From contig OZ254086.1 of assembly GCA_965267575.1 (NCBI GenBank), positions 800,001-864,000 on the forward strand: DNA of 64,000 bases, read 5' to 3'. A program made the translations under genes and the position numbers. The DNA comes from Calditrichales bacterium (GTDB lineage: Bacteria > Calditrichota > Calditrichia > Calditrichales > J004). The stretch's first letter is position 1, and every line of letters begins with the position of its first letter. Positions 8,053-18,200 of the stretch are shown piece by piece. The notes below the pieces were generated by a model, which worked only from the letters and a program-made list of their open reading frames with translations, was not told where the DNA came from and ran no database searches.

Positions 8053-8219
8053 GCCGCTTTCCCTAAATAGAATTGTTCAATGCAGATTAAGCACTGCGCC
8101 CGTCTGTTTCAAACCATTTGTCGCCTATTTGTACCAGCACGGGCCGGTTAATAACAATCCCAAAACTTTTTCTTTTGCCCGACCTATATTGGCGCACATA
8201 TTCAATTGAGGAGCATATC

Positions 8220-9632
8220 ATGAAACATTTTAGCATGATTCTGATTTTGGCATTTTGCGCTATGCTTTATGGGCGGGAAAATTTACATGAGCGTCCGCAA
8301 CTGGAGGACAAAATCGACCGGCTCGCCAGCCAATATACAGAGCTGGATATTTTTTCCGGCGTGGTGTTGGTAGCGCAGGAAGGGAAACCGGTTTACCACA
8401 AGGCGTTTGGCCTGGCCAATCGCGAAAAAAACATCCCCAACACGCTGCGTACGCGTTTTGACATCGGTTCAATGAACAAGACCTTTACCAAGGTAGTCAT
8501 CCTGCAGCTGGCGGATGAAGGTAAGCTCGATTTGTCTGATAAGCTTGTGGATTACCTGCCCGGTTTTACGCAAAAAGGCACCGAAAAAATCACCATTGAA
8601 CACTTGCTAACGCATCAATCCGGATTTGGTGACTATCATTCGCCGGAATATATGCAGACACCTCCGGCTGAGCGCACCATCAACTGGATTGTTGAGCGCG
8701 TACAAAACATGCCGCTGATGTTTGAGCCGGGAACAGAGCAGGAATACAGCAACGCCGGCTTCGTGCTGCTGGGCGCGATCATCGAAAAAGTAACCGGCAC
8801 ATCGTACCACCGGAATGTGGTGGAGAGGATCATCGAACCTCTGGGTTTGCAGCAGACGCACGTGGAGAATAAAAGCACGGTGCCGCAAAAGGCGATCGGC
8901 TATTTTAAAACAGCCACGGGCGAGCTGCGTGATAACAACAATTTTTCGGAGCTGCCCAATCCCGATGGCGGTTTTCATTCCACGACTAGCGATATAATGA
9001 CTTTTTACCGCGAATACTTTTATGGCAACACTTTGCTGGATAATGAAACAAGAAAACTTGATCCCATGTTTGGCTTTGTGCAAGAGCACCGTAACAGCGG
9101 GGGCGCCATTCCGCTGGCGGGAGGTTTTCCCGGTGCCAATACGGTTTTATATGAAATCCTGCGCGACCGCATAACCGTCGTTGTGTTCGCCAACATGGAT
9201 GAACCGGTTGCCGAACAGCTTGGCGCGGGAATCCTGGCGATCATTCGCGGGCAGCAGCCGCGAGAACCGCAACTGCCGGCCATCCAGAATGTGTACAACG
9301 CCTACAAAACACACGGGACGACCTACGTAAAAGAGAACTGGGACAAGCTGATCATCAATTTCCACCCCGGCGATCCCCATGATATGATCCTGAACCAGGT
9401 GGGTTATGAGCTTTTGTTTAGTGGAAAAACCGACCAAGCGATTGAGATTTTCACACTCAATACGGAGATGTTTCCCGAGGTGGCCAACGTGTGGGACAGC
9501 CTGGGCGAGGCCTGGCGTAAAAAAGGCGATAATGCCAAAGCATTGAAATTTTACAAAAGGGCCCTGTCCATTAGGCCGGATATGCCCAGCGCGAAACAGG
9601 CAGTTGAGGAGTTGGAAGGGAATTCCGAATAG
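8220..9632 (+). CDS. Class C beta-lactamase-like serine hydrolase with C-terminal TPR
   Basis: Signal peptide; IGSMNK (SxxK), LLTHQSG, YSN; TPR (ANVWDSLGEAW); ATG 8220 with GAGGAG RBS. Confidence 0.9.
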   Translation: MKHFSMILILAFCAMLYGRENLHERPQLEDKIDRLASQYTELDIFSGVVLVAQEGKPVYHKAFGLANREKNIPNTLRTRFDIGSMNKTFTKVVILQLADEGKLDLSDKLVDYLPGFTQKGTEKITIEHLLTHQSGFGDYHSPEYMQTPPAERTINWIVERVQNMPLMFEPGTEQEYSNAGFVLLGAIIEKVTGTSYHRNVVERIIEPLGLQQTHVENKSTVPQKAIGYFKTATGELRDNNNFSELPNPDGGFHSTTSDIMTFYREYFYGNTLLDNETRKLDPMFGFVQEHRNSGGAIPLAGGFPGANTVLYEILRDRITVVVFANMDEPVAEQLGAGILAIIRGQQPREPQLPAIQNVYNAYKTHGTTYVKENWDKLIINFHPGDPHDMILNQVGYELLFSGKTDQAIEIFTLNTEMFPEVANVWDSLGEAWRKKGDNAKALKFYKRALSIRPDMPSAKQAVEELEGNSE

Positions 9633-9721
9633 TAACCCCTCAATAATTGTCTCAATTAAATGTTCTTGCCCCGTTTTATACATCCTTCTAACTTTGGGCC
9701 TTCTAACCTTGGAGGCCCATT

Positions 9722-10510
9722 GTGTTTCACAGCAATTTTAAACTGATCTACCTGGTAATCATCGTTCTGATTGGTCTGGCCGGCTATTACTGGCTTTGGC
9801 CGATGGTGCGCGGCTACAATGCCCGCGGGAATTCTGCCGACCTCTATAATCAAATGCGTGAGGATGCGGTGCCCTGGGAAGTGCTGCACCGGTCACCAAA
9901 CGGCAATCCCATCTATATCTGGCAAACCGGCGGTGGCGACGATGTCACGCTCATCTTTGGCGGTTTTCACGGCAATGAATTTGGCGGCTTTGACCTGGTT
10001 CTGCGCCTGGCACGCTATATTCATGAAAATCCGGACGTCGTAAAAAGTAAAGTGGTGATCGTTCCGGTGCTTAATCCGGATGGCCTTTTAGCCGGCACGC
10101 GCACCAACAGCAACGAGGTTGACGTTAACCGCAACTTCCCGACCGAAAACTGGTCGCCGGCCTATGAGAGCAAGCGCAACTACCCCGGCCAGGAACCGGC
10201 TTCCGAGGTAGAAACGCTGCTGGCCATGAAACTGGTGGAAGACCATCAGCCGGACAAGATCATCAGCGTGCACGCGCCGTTGGAGGTTGTAAACTACGAC
10301 GGACCTGCCGGCGATCTGGCCAGGGCCATGGCCCGTCATAACGGCTATCCCACCAGCGGCGATATCGGCTATGCCACGCCGGGCAGCTTTGGCACCTGGG
10401 CCGGCAAAGAGCTCAACATCCCCACCATCACGCTGGAGCTGCCGCCTTACGACCCGGATGAAGCCTGGGAAGAAAATCGCGACGCCCTGATCACCGCGAT
10501 CAATTATTGA
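9722..10510 (+). CDS. M14 zinc carboxypeptidase, murein peptide amidase A (MpaA)-like, membrane anchored
   Basis: HGNE, NPDG, DVNRNFP, ASEVET, ISVH, GYATPGSFGTW, TLELP; N-terminal TM. Confidence 0.85.
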   Translation: MFHSNFKLIYLVIIVLIGLAGYYWLWPMVRGYNARGNSADLYNQMREDAVPWEVLHRSPNGNPIYIWQTGGGDDVTLIFGGFHGNEFGGFDLVLRLARYIHENPDVVKSKVVIVPVLNPDGLLAGTRTNSNEVDVNRNFPTENWSPAYESKRNYPGQEPASEVETLLAMKLVEDHQPDKIISVHAPLEVVNYDGPAGDLARAMARHNGYPTSGDIGYATPGSFGTWAGKELNIPTITLELPPYDPDEAWEENRDALITAINY

Positions 10511-10541
10511 ATTTTTTTTGCGTCACCAGCGGGAGAGCCTG

Positions 10542-12950
10542 ATGCGTAGAATATCTATTCTGCTGCTTATTTGGGGTGCATTCGTTTTTGCCGCCACGCC
10601 AAAAGTAGGCGTTGTGTTGTCCGGGGGAGGCGCACGCGGTTTTGCCCATATTCCAGTGTTGCAGGCGCTGGATAGTCTGCAAATTCCGGTCTCATTCATC
10701 GCCGGAACCAGCATGGGCGGCATAGCCTCCGGCCTTTATTCCATAGGTTACAGCGGCGATTCGATTCGTGCCCTGGTACAATCTATCGACTGGAACGAGA
10801 TCTTCAGCGATACGCCGCCCCGCTCCGTTGTGCCTTATCTGCAGAAATTCGACGACGGCTGGTACCAGCTTTCTTTTGAACTTAAAGACTTCACGCCCAA
10901 ACCACCTCAAAGCTTTGTGCGCGGCCAGAAGATAAGTCAGTTGCTTTCACGCATGACGCTGCATGCGGGCAGCTATTCGGATTTTGATAATTTCACGATC
11001 CCCTTCCGCTGCGTGGCCGTAGACCTCGTAAGCGGCAACGAGGTGGTGCTTAAGGAAGGTTCCCTGGCCCGGGCATTACGTGCCACCATGTCCGTACCTA
11101 CTGTTTTCAGCCCGGTGGAATGGGGCGATTCGCTGCTGGTGGATGGCGGCATTCTTAACAACCTGCCTGTAGATGTTGTGCGCGAAATGGGTGCCGACTT
11201 CATTATTGCCGTCAATGTTGGCGAATACCTGAAACCACGGGATGAGCTGGACAACATCGCCGGGGTGGCCGAGCAAATGTTCAACATTCCGCTCTATCCG
11301 CGGATAGAGGAAAACCGCCGCCAAAGCGATATTTTTATCCAGCCAAACCTTGAAGGCCTCTCTTCTGCCAGCTTCAACGCCCAGGAAATAGACAGCATCA
11401 TCAGCCGGGGAAAGATTGCCGCAAACGCCGCTCTGCCCCAGCTGCAAAAACTGGCAGACAGACTGCGCCGACGGAGCACGGTGACCGACAGCATTGTTAC
11501 CATAGGGAAAATTCGTCTCAGCGGATCCTATTATCTGCCGGACAGCGCCATGCGCCGGGACTTAAAATTGACGTCCGGGCAAAGCGGTCCCCTGCACGAT
11601 TTTGAAAAACGCCTGCAGGCACTTAAAACGGAAGGCCCTTTTGACTCTCTAAGCTGGACGTGGCAGGCGGCCCAGGATGGAAAAAACGACCTGCTGGTAA
11701 AAATAAAAGACTCCCGTCGTCCGATTGTCTTCAGGGTATTGATAGACGGAAACTACTCCGTTTCCTTTGGGCTTATTTACAATCTGCTGGATATTGAGCC
11801 GGGCGACACGCTAAACATTAACAACCTCGAAAAACAGATTGACCTGATCTACGGGCTGGGCTACTTCGAGCAGATTTCTTACCTGATCAGCCCGGTAAAA
11901 AACGAAAAAGTTGAGCTGCGCCTTAAGGTAAAGGAAGGCGCGCGCCGCCAGTTGCTGCTGGGTCTGCATTATGACAATCTCTATAAACTTGTGGGCCTTG
12001 TGGGCATTAAGGGCGACGGCCTGCTGATACCCGATCTGCGCCAGCATGTTTTCGTCCAGTTCTCCGGTCTGACGCGCATCGGCAGCGAAGTCTCCTATCC
12101 TTCACAGAGCCTGCGCCGGCCACTGATACCATTTGTCCGCTGGATGTATCGCGATATTCCGATTGACATTTTTGATGTCCCCACTGCCCGGAAGCTGGCC
12201 TCTTACAACGACCGCGGTTTTACGGCCGGTTTTGGTCTGGCTACACTGATCGGTCTTTCCGCCCGGCTGGAGGGCGAGCTGCGCCAGGAATGGCTGGACA
12301 TCAATCCCAGCGTGGCCTCACTTCCGGATTCCGTTTTTCCCGCCTGGCGAAACAATCTGCGTCAACTGCGCCTGCGCTTTCATTATGACGGCCTGGATGA
12401 CATAGCGCTGCCGCGGCACGGGATGGAACTGCGCGCCACCTATGAAGGCAGCCTGCGCAGTCTGGATACGGACCTCGCCTACTACAGCTTAACCGCAGAT
12501 GCCAGGGTGGTAAAAACCCTGTATCAGAATCACACCTTTATCACATCGCTTTTTTTCGGCTGGAGCGGTGATACGCTGCCCGTCTACAAATGGCATTACC
12601 GCGGGGGCGGCGAATCTTTTGTCGGCGCCGATTATAACCAGCTCATCGGGCGGCGCTACGCCACGGCACGCCTGGACTACCGTTTTGAGTACAAAAAAGA
12701 TATTTTTCTTAAACTGATCGCCAATGCCGGATTTAACCTGGACAGGGAGTTTGTGCCGCGGCCTACGCGGGATGTTATCTGGGGTGGTGGTATTGGCGTG
12801 CAATTTCTTTCTTTATTGGGTCCTCTGGAGTTTGTTGCTGCAAGAGGCCGGGCGGCATTCTATAAAGAGGCGCCGCTCAGTACACATTTTTACCTGACAT
12901 TGGGGGCGCGCCTGGAAATGCTCATAGGCCGCCATTACGCCAACCCTTAA
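10542..12950 (+). CDS. Patatin-like phospholipase with POTRA and Omp85-type barrel (PlpD-like)
   Basis: LSGGGARG, GTSMGG, DGG; POTRA (GLGYFEQI); C-terminal beta strands (SLLGPLEF). Confidence 0.88.
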   Translation: MRRISILLLIWGAFVFAATPKVGVVLSGGGARGFAHIPVLQALDSLQIPVSFIAGTSMGGIASGLYSIGYSGDSIRALVQSIDWNEIFSDTPPRSVVPYLQKFDDGWYQLSFELKDFTPKPPQSFVRGQKISQLLSRMTLHAGSYSDFDNFTIPFRCVAVDLVSGNEVVLKEGSLARALRATMSVPTVFSPVEWGDSLLVDGGILNNLPVDVVREMGADFIIAVNVGEYLKPRDELDNIAGVAEQMFNIPLYPRIEENRRQSDIFIQPNLEGLSSASFNAQEIDSIISRGKIAANAALPQLQKLADRLRRRSTVTDSIVTIGKIRLSGSYYLPDSAMRRDLKLTSGQSGPLHDFEKRLQALKTEGPFDSLSWTWQAAQDGKNDLLVKIKDSRRPIVFRVLIDGNYSVSFGLIYNLLDIEPGDTLNINNLEKQIDLIYGLGYFEQISYLISPVKNEKVELRLKVKEGARRQLLLGLHYDNLYKLVGLVGIKGDGLLIPDLRQHVFVQFSGLTRIGSEVSYPSQSLRRPLIPFVRWMYRDIPIDIFDVPTARKLASYNDRGFTAGFGLATLIGLSARLEGELRQEWLDINPSVASLPDSVFPAWRNNLRQLRLRFHYDGLDDIALPRHGMELRATYEGSLRSLDTDLAYYSLTADARVVKTLYQNHTFITSLFFGWSGDTLPVYKWHYRGGGESFVGADYNQLIGRRYATARLDYRFEYKKDIFLKLIANAGFNLDREFVPRPTRDVIWGGGIGVQFLSLLGPLEFVAARGRAAFYKEAPLSTHFYLTLGARLEMLIGRHYANP

Positions 12951-12961
12951 AAGGAGAAGAT

Positions 12962-13297
12962 ATGGAACTGCTAATTCGCTGGATTCTTTTCAGCTTGTCT
13001 GTTTTTATTGTTGCCCGCGTCTTGCCGGGCATCAGGATCAAGGGCTTCGCAACAGCGCTGTGGGTGGCATTTGTCTATGGCGTAATTAAAGTCGTGTTTG
13101 GCTGGCTATTAACGCTAATAACGCTGCCGGCGGTCATATTGACCTTCGGGCTGTTCCTTTTTGTCATCAACGCCGTATTGCTGTGGATTACCGATAAGCT
13201 GATTGACGGCTTTGAGATCCGCAGCTTTGGAATGACGTTGCTTGCGGCCTTCCTGATCACATTACTGGACTCACTTTTCCGGGCAGTGATATTCTAA
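12962..13297 (+). CDS. YvlD/DUF360 4-TM membrane protein ('phage holin family' superfamily IV)
   Basis: LLTLITLPAVILTFGLFLFVINAVLL...GFEI.SF pattern; AGGAG RBS. Confidence 0.85.
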   Translation: MELLIRWILFSLSVFIVARVLPGIRIKGFATALWVAFVYGVIKVVFGWLLTLITLPAVILTFGLFLFVINAVLLWITDKLIDGFEIRSFGMTLLAAFLITLLDSLFRAVIF

Positions 13298-13299
13298 AT

Positions 13300-13331
13300 A
13301 AAAAAAGGGAGCCGCAAGCGGCTCCCTTTTA
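13300..13331. terminator. Bidirectional intrinsic terminator
   Basis: aaaaaaagggagccgc-aa-gcggctccctttt between convergent genes. Confidence 0.9.
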
Positions 13332-13350
13332 TTCATTGAATGAATTATGG

Positions 13351-15111
13351 TTATTCAGGGCAGGTTAAATAATCACCTGTTATTTCCCCATCGACGAAAT
13401 TTTCGTTAACTGCCGCAAGAGCGTCCGTAAGTTCGCTCTCATCATAATCATCACGGCAGCCACCCAACACATCGCTGGAAACGTCAAATAGTTCCCCTAC
13501 GGTCCAGCCTGCAAAATCACCGGATACAATAACAAGGTTTTCCAAAGGTGTATCGGAAGAACCGAAGTCGCTATCGTACGCATCAAAGCCGATACTCAGA
13601 GCGAGCGCCGTCAACTGGCTAACCATTGTATTCTTTAGCTGATTTGTGCTAGGATCGGTATAGCTTCTCTTCAGATATGTTGGTTTACCACCGGCCGGCA
13701 AATAATCGGTAATGGCCTGTGCGCTAGTAAAATGGACCGTATGTTCATCAGTGCAACCAACTGTTAAGCCGGACGGGAACGCGCCTGTAAAGTTTGCATG
13801 CAGATAAGCACCGGGATTATCGCCTTCCGGAGGTGCGCCCCAGCCGCCCGGTGTTTGCGTACGGTGGCCTAATTCGCACTCATCATCATCTGGCTGATAG
13901 ATTCCGGCATCCCAGGTTAAATCATTTTCGCCGGCGTCAAGTGTGGTACAGGCCGCTTCACCACTTGTTGGATCGGCGTCGCTGTCAACATCGTCCGCGG
14001 TCGCGTCCTGACTTGTAAATACATAACCACCCGGCAAGATGAATTTAACGTTGTAATCACCGGAATCGAGGTTATCAAAGAGGTAATTACCATTGCCGTC
14101 TGTGGTTGTGGTGGCAAGAAGATTACCGTCGCAATCATATAATTCAACTGTAACGCCGCTTACCCCCGCTTCGCCGTTATCCTGAACGCCATTCATATTG
14201 GCATCCAACCATACGCGGTCTCCCAAAGATGCAGGCTCTTCCTGGGGCTGATAGATTCCGGCATCCCAGGTCAGGTCATTCTCGCCTTCATCGAGTGTCG
14301 TACAAGCTGCTTCACCGCTCGATGGGTCGGCGTCACTGTCCACATCGTCTGCAGCAGCATCCTGTTGAGTAAATACGTATCCGTCAGGAAGGATAAATTT
14401 TACGTTGTAATCACCGGCATCGAGGTTATCAAAGAGGTAATTACCATTTGCATCCGTAGTTGTTGTGGCAAGCAGATTTCCGGCACAATCATACAGTTCA
14501 ACGGTAACCCCGCCAACTCCGGCCTCTCCGTCATCCTGGACACCATTCATATTGGCATCCAGCCATACACGATCACCCAAAGAAGCAGGTTGCGGCTCGG
14601 GGTCATCACACTTGGCCACAGAATATTCAAGCTCAGTGCGTCCTGTATCATCGCCCACATTTTGATTAATGCCGTCAACAACAATCGCTATGCAAAAGGA
14701 ATCGCCCAGACCGTCCAAAGACATCTGAAATTCGTAAAATTCATCGTCCATACCCGGAGTATGAGTATGCTGAATTGGAAAATCGTTTTTGTCAGCCGGG
14801 ATATGGTCACAAGGGCCCACATAAATATAGCTGACAGCGAGTTTTGTATAGTTTTTACCCTGAATCTGGAAAAACAGTGAGTCCGAAGAATTGGCAATAC
14901 TAATTGTGGCGATCTTGTGACCCGACACTTCGCCGTCAATATTAACCGTTATCGGATCCGCGCAGATGCTTGTTGAAAAATGGTAAAGCGCATAGCGATC
15001 TCCCGTATCCGTGCTTTGGGTCGGTATTACCTGTTGATCTCCGCTACAATGCCACAGCATCAGGGACAACGGCAGCAAAAGCCAGAACCTTGCTAATATT
15101 CTTTGAGTCAT
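13351..15111 (-). CDS. Secreted/lipoprotein with two SdrD B-like Ig domains
   Basis: Lipobox-like LMLWHC; two SLGDRVWLDANMNGVQD.GE.GV.GVTVELY...TTTD.NGNYLF..L..GDY.VKF...WDAG repeats; Asp/Cys-rich C-terminal domain (RTQTPGGWG). Confidence 0.85.
   Translation of the reverse strand: MTQRILARFWLLLPLSLMLWHCSGDQQVIPTQSTDTGDRYALYHFSTSICADPITVNIDGEVSGHKIATISIANSSDSLFFQIQGKNYTKLAVSYIYVGPCDHIPADKNDFPIQHTHTPGMDDEFYEFQMSLDGLGDSFCIAIVVDGINQNVGDDTGRTELEYSVAKCDDPEPQPASLGDRVWLDANMNGVQDDGEAGVGGVTVELYDCAGNLLATTTTDANGNYLFDNLDAGDYNVKFILPDGYVFTQQDAAADDVDSDADPSSGEAACTTLDEGENDLTWDAGIYQPQEEPASLGDRVWLDANMNGVQDNGEAGVSGVTVELYDCDGNLLATTTTDGNGNYLFDNLDSGDYNVKFILPGGYVFTSQDATADDVDSDADPTSGEAACTTLDAGENDLTWDAGIYQPDDDECELGHRTQTPGGWGAPPEGDNPGAYLHANFTGAFPSGLTVGCTDEHTVHFTSAQAITDYLPAGGKPTYLKRSYTDPSTNQLKNTMVSQLTALALSIGFDAYDSDFGSSDTPLENLVIVSGDFAGWTVGELFDVSSDVLGGCRDDYDESELTDALAAVNENFVDGEITGDYLTCPE
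13891..14589 (-). repeat. Intragenic tandem duplication of an SdrD B-like domain (354 bp period)
   Basis: PASLGDRVW begins at 14589 and at 14235; protein copies nearly identical, DNA differs largely at synonymous sites. Confidence 0.9.
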
Positions 15112-15285
15112 AGTTGACCTCCTATATAGGGTTTGAGTGGAACAGCTAAAATGATGCAGTAAGATGCTCTACAGAAAAAAATTATGTTTGACAGATGTCA
15201 ACTAATCAAAGAACAAAAAATAATATCTAACAAATTGTCAATAAGAGGTAAAAGAAAATGTGCAGCCCCGTCCGGATAGTTTTTC

Positions 15286-18200
15286 TTAAGAAGGGTTATC
15301 TGCTAAAGGCAAGCTGATTGTAAAAGTGGTATGATCGTTTTCTTTGCTTTCGAACGTAATGCTGCCACCGTGCGCTTTTATGATATCGTGGCTTATCGAT
15401 AGCCCCAACCCGGTACCGGAGCCGGTGGGTTTGCTTGTATGGAAAGGTGTAAAAATCTTGTCGCGCATCTCTTTGGAAATACCGGTGCCGTTGTCATAAA
15501 CATGAACAAGGATGGCATTATCCTTCAGCTCGCTGCTTAGCTTTACAATAGCTCCGCCGCCTTTTTCCTTATGGCGTTCCCAAGCGGCATAACAGGCATT
15601 GTTGATCGTGTTCAGGAAAACCCGGCTAAGGTCCTGCGGCAGTGCGCGTATCTGCGGCAGCTTGTCATCCAGCTCACTTTGCAGGTCTACATTAAATTCC
15701 GGTATTTGCGCGCGCAGGCCATGATAGACAAGATTCATTGCTTCGCGCACCAGCCTGTTAATATCCGTCTCTTCCTGCTGGCCGCTGCTGCCCCGGGCGT
15801 GAAGCATCATGCTGCGGATAATACCGTCGGCGCGCTTACTGTGGGAGCTTATTTTTTCCATGTTACCGCGCAGGAAGCCGGTCAGGTCGCGAACCTCCTC
15901 AGCGGCCTCTTCCGTCAGGCTTTCTTTTTGTAACAGATCCTCCAGCTCCGCCACATACTCGGCGCTCACCTCCGAAAAATTGGCCACAAAGTTAAGCGGG
16001 TTCTTCAGCTCATGGGCGATACCGGCGGTTAGCTGGCCCAGCGAGACCAGCTTTTCGGACTGCACCAGCTGATCCTGGGTCTGGCGCAAGCGGGACAGCG
16101 TATCCTGAAGCTGGCTGTTAGCCTGTGCCAGATCTTCGGAGCGGCGCTGCAGGTCTTCGGTGCGTTTCTGCACTTTTTCTTCCAGTGACTTGCTGTATTC
16201 GGCAAGCTGCTTGTTGGCATCCTGCAGTTCCGTGTACAGCAAGGCGTTTTCAATGGAAATGGCCATTTCGTTGCTTAACATTTCCAGCAGCTCAATGCGC
16301 TGGCGGCTAAAGGCATGCGTGGTGAGATTGTTTTCAAGGTAAAGAACGCCCTTCAGGCTGCCCTTGTAACGCACAGCCATAGCCAGCATCGACTTAACGC
16401 GGTTCTCCTTGATATAGGCATCGGATGTAAAATCGCCTTCATTGCCGGCATCTGCCAGCAGCACGCTTTCAGCGGTATTTTGCACAAATCGCACCACGGA
16501 TTGCGGAATCTCGTTAAAACGGGTTACCGGCATATTCTGCAATGTCTCGATGGCCTCATCCTTTGCGCGGCAGGTAGCTTTTACCAGCAGGGCCTCTTTT
16601 TCCAGCAACAGGAAAACCGCCCGTTCCGCGCCGGCGTTGGCCAGCACAATACGCATGATATTTTCCAGCAATCGCTCCAGGCGTATTTCGCTGGAAAGGG
16701 TTTGCGATGCTTTTAAAATGGTGTCAATATCCAAAGCACTGGAAATAGAGCCCTGACCTTTTGCGGCGGTCCCGGCCTCCTCGAGCCCGCTGCTGATGGC
16801 CGGCGCCATGTCCAGCAGGTCTTTATATTTTTCCTTAAAACGCTCCTGCACGATGCCGGCGCCCCATTGCCCGCAAAACCGCAGGCATTCCAACAGATAC
16901 ATAAAAGCCACACGCTGCTGCCTGCGCTCCAGGTACCAGGAAACGGCCCTTTCACATGCCAGCGCGGCCACAGGATAGTTTTGCTGAGATGCGGCCGCGG
17001 AAATTGCCTCATCGTAATGCCGGGCATCAAAACGATCGTTTCCGCTTACGCGGGCATACTCATTGCGCACAAGCTGGTAATGGTGCTTATAATTCTCGGG
17101 ACAATTTTCCGCCCACGCTTTAAGCTTTTTCAGATGCGCTTTAATCGTGCGGTGCTGTTTGCGACTGCCTTGCCGGAAAAGAAAGATCAGCGTCAACGCG
17201 GTATAAAAACGGTATTCCAGCTCCATGAGCTGTCCAAAAGCGCCATGCTGCACCTTCTCCGCATCCTCGGCAAATGCCCGTGCCTGCTCATAATCACCGC
17301 GGAAAAACGCGTTCTTAAGACGACAGATAAAAAACTGCACCTCCGCAGATAGGTCACGCGCTTCACGGATCTCGGCAAGCAGGCCTTCATCCTCAAAATC
17401 GTAGCTGTCCTGTTCACCGGGACCGGTCAACTCGCTGATCATTTTATGGTAAGCCAGCAGATCCAGACTGGTATGGCGTATCTTCTGGCTGTAATCAAGG
17501 AAACGTTCAATTTCTTTCTGAAGGCCTTTCAACTCCACGCCCATGGAAACTTTACTGTGAATGGTAAAGCTATTGGCATAAAGCGCGTAAAGCAGATCGC
17601 CGCTTTCCTGAGCACTGTGCCACGCTTCCCGCAGAATGGGCAGGTTATCGGCCATGGGCCGCCGCCAATGGTTTATGATTGCTCCCATGGCCAGGTAGGT
17701 CTTGCTCTTCCAGTAAGGCATGTTCTTTTCATCGGCCAGGCGCAGGGCCAGTTGGCCAAACTGATAGGCTTCTTCGTATTGTCCGCTGCCGGCTCCCACC
17801 AGCAAACCGTATTGCGAATAGACATGCGATGCGCTATCCGGATTGCCGTGCTTCAGCACCAGGCGCATCATCTTCAGGTTCAGCAGGCCAATCATCTCCG
17901 GTCCCGTGAAATAGGCCGCCGTCAGCATATGGCTAATAAGATCGATCGCCGCGCGGGCGCCCGGGTTTGTCATCTCAGGCAGATTATACAAGTCGGCCGG
18001 TTTGCGGCCAAACAGGCGGATTTTAGCAAGCACAAATTCCCGCGCCACCTGCAGGCGCGTCGGGTTGGCAGGTATATTAATATCCAGCAGCCGTGCGGCA
18101 AACCGTCCTGTGGTGAGCGCCTCATCCACCTTGTTTATATGCGTATAGAGACGCACCTTGGTAATATAAATGCGGGCTTTTTCAACATTGGATTCCGTAT

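Noticed and set aside
12962-13297. 'Phage holin' as evidence of a prophage
   Set aside because: This 4-TM family is commonly chromosomal; no endolysin, integrase or structural phage genes nearby.
13891-14589. Repeat pair as a diversity-generating retroelement TR/VR (also considered for the kinase repeats)
   Set aside because: Differences are mostly synonymous and not adenine-specific, and no reverse transcriptase is present.
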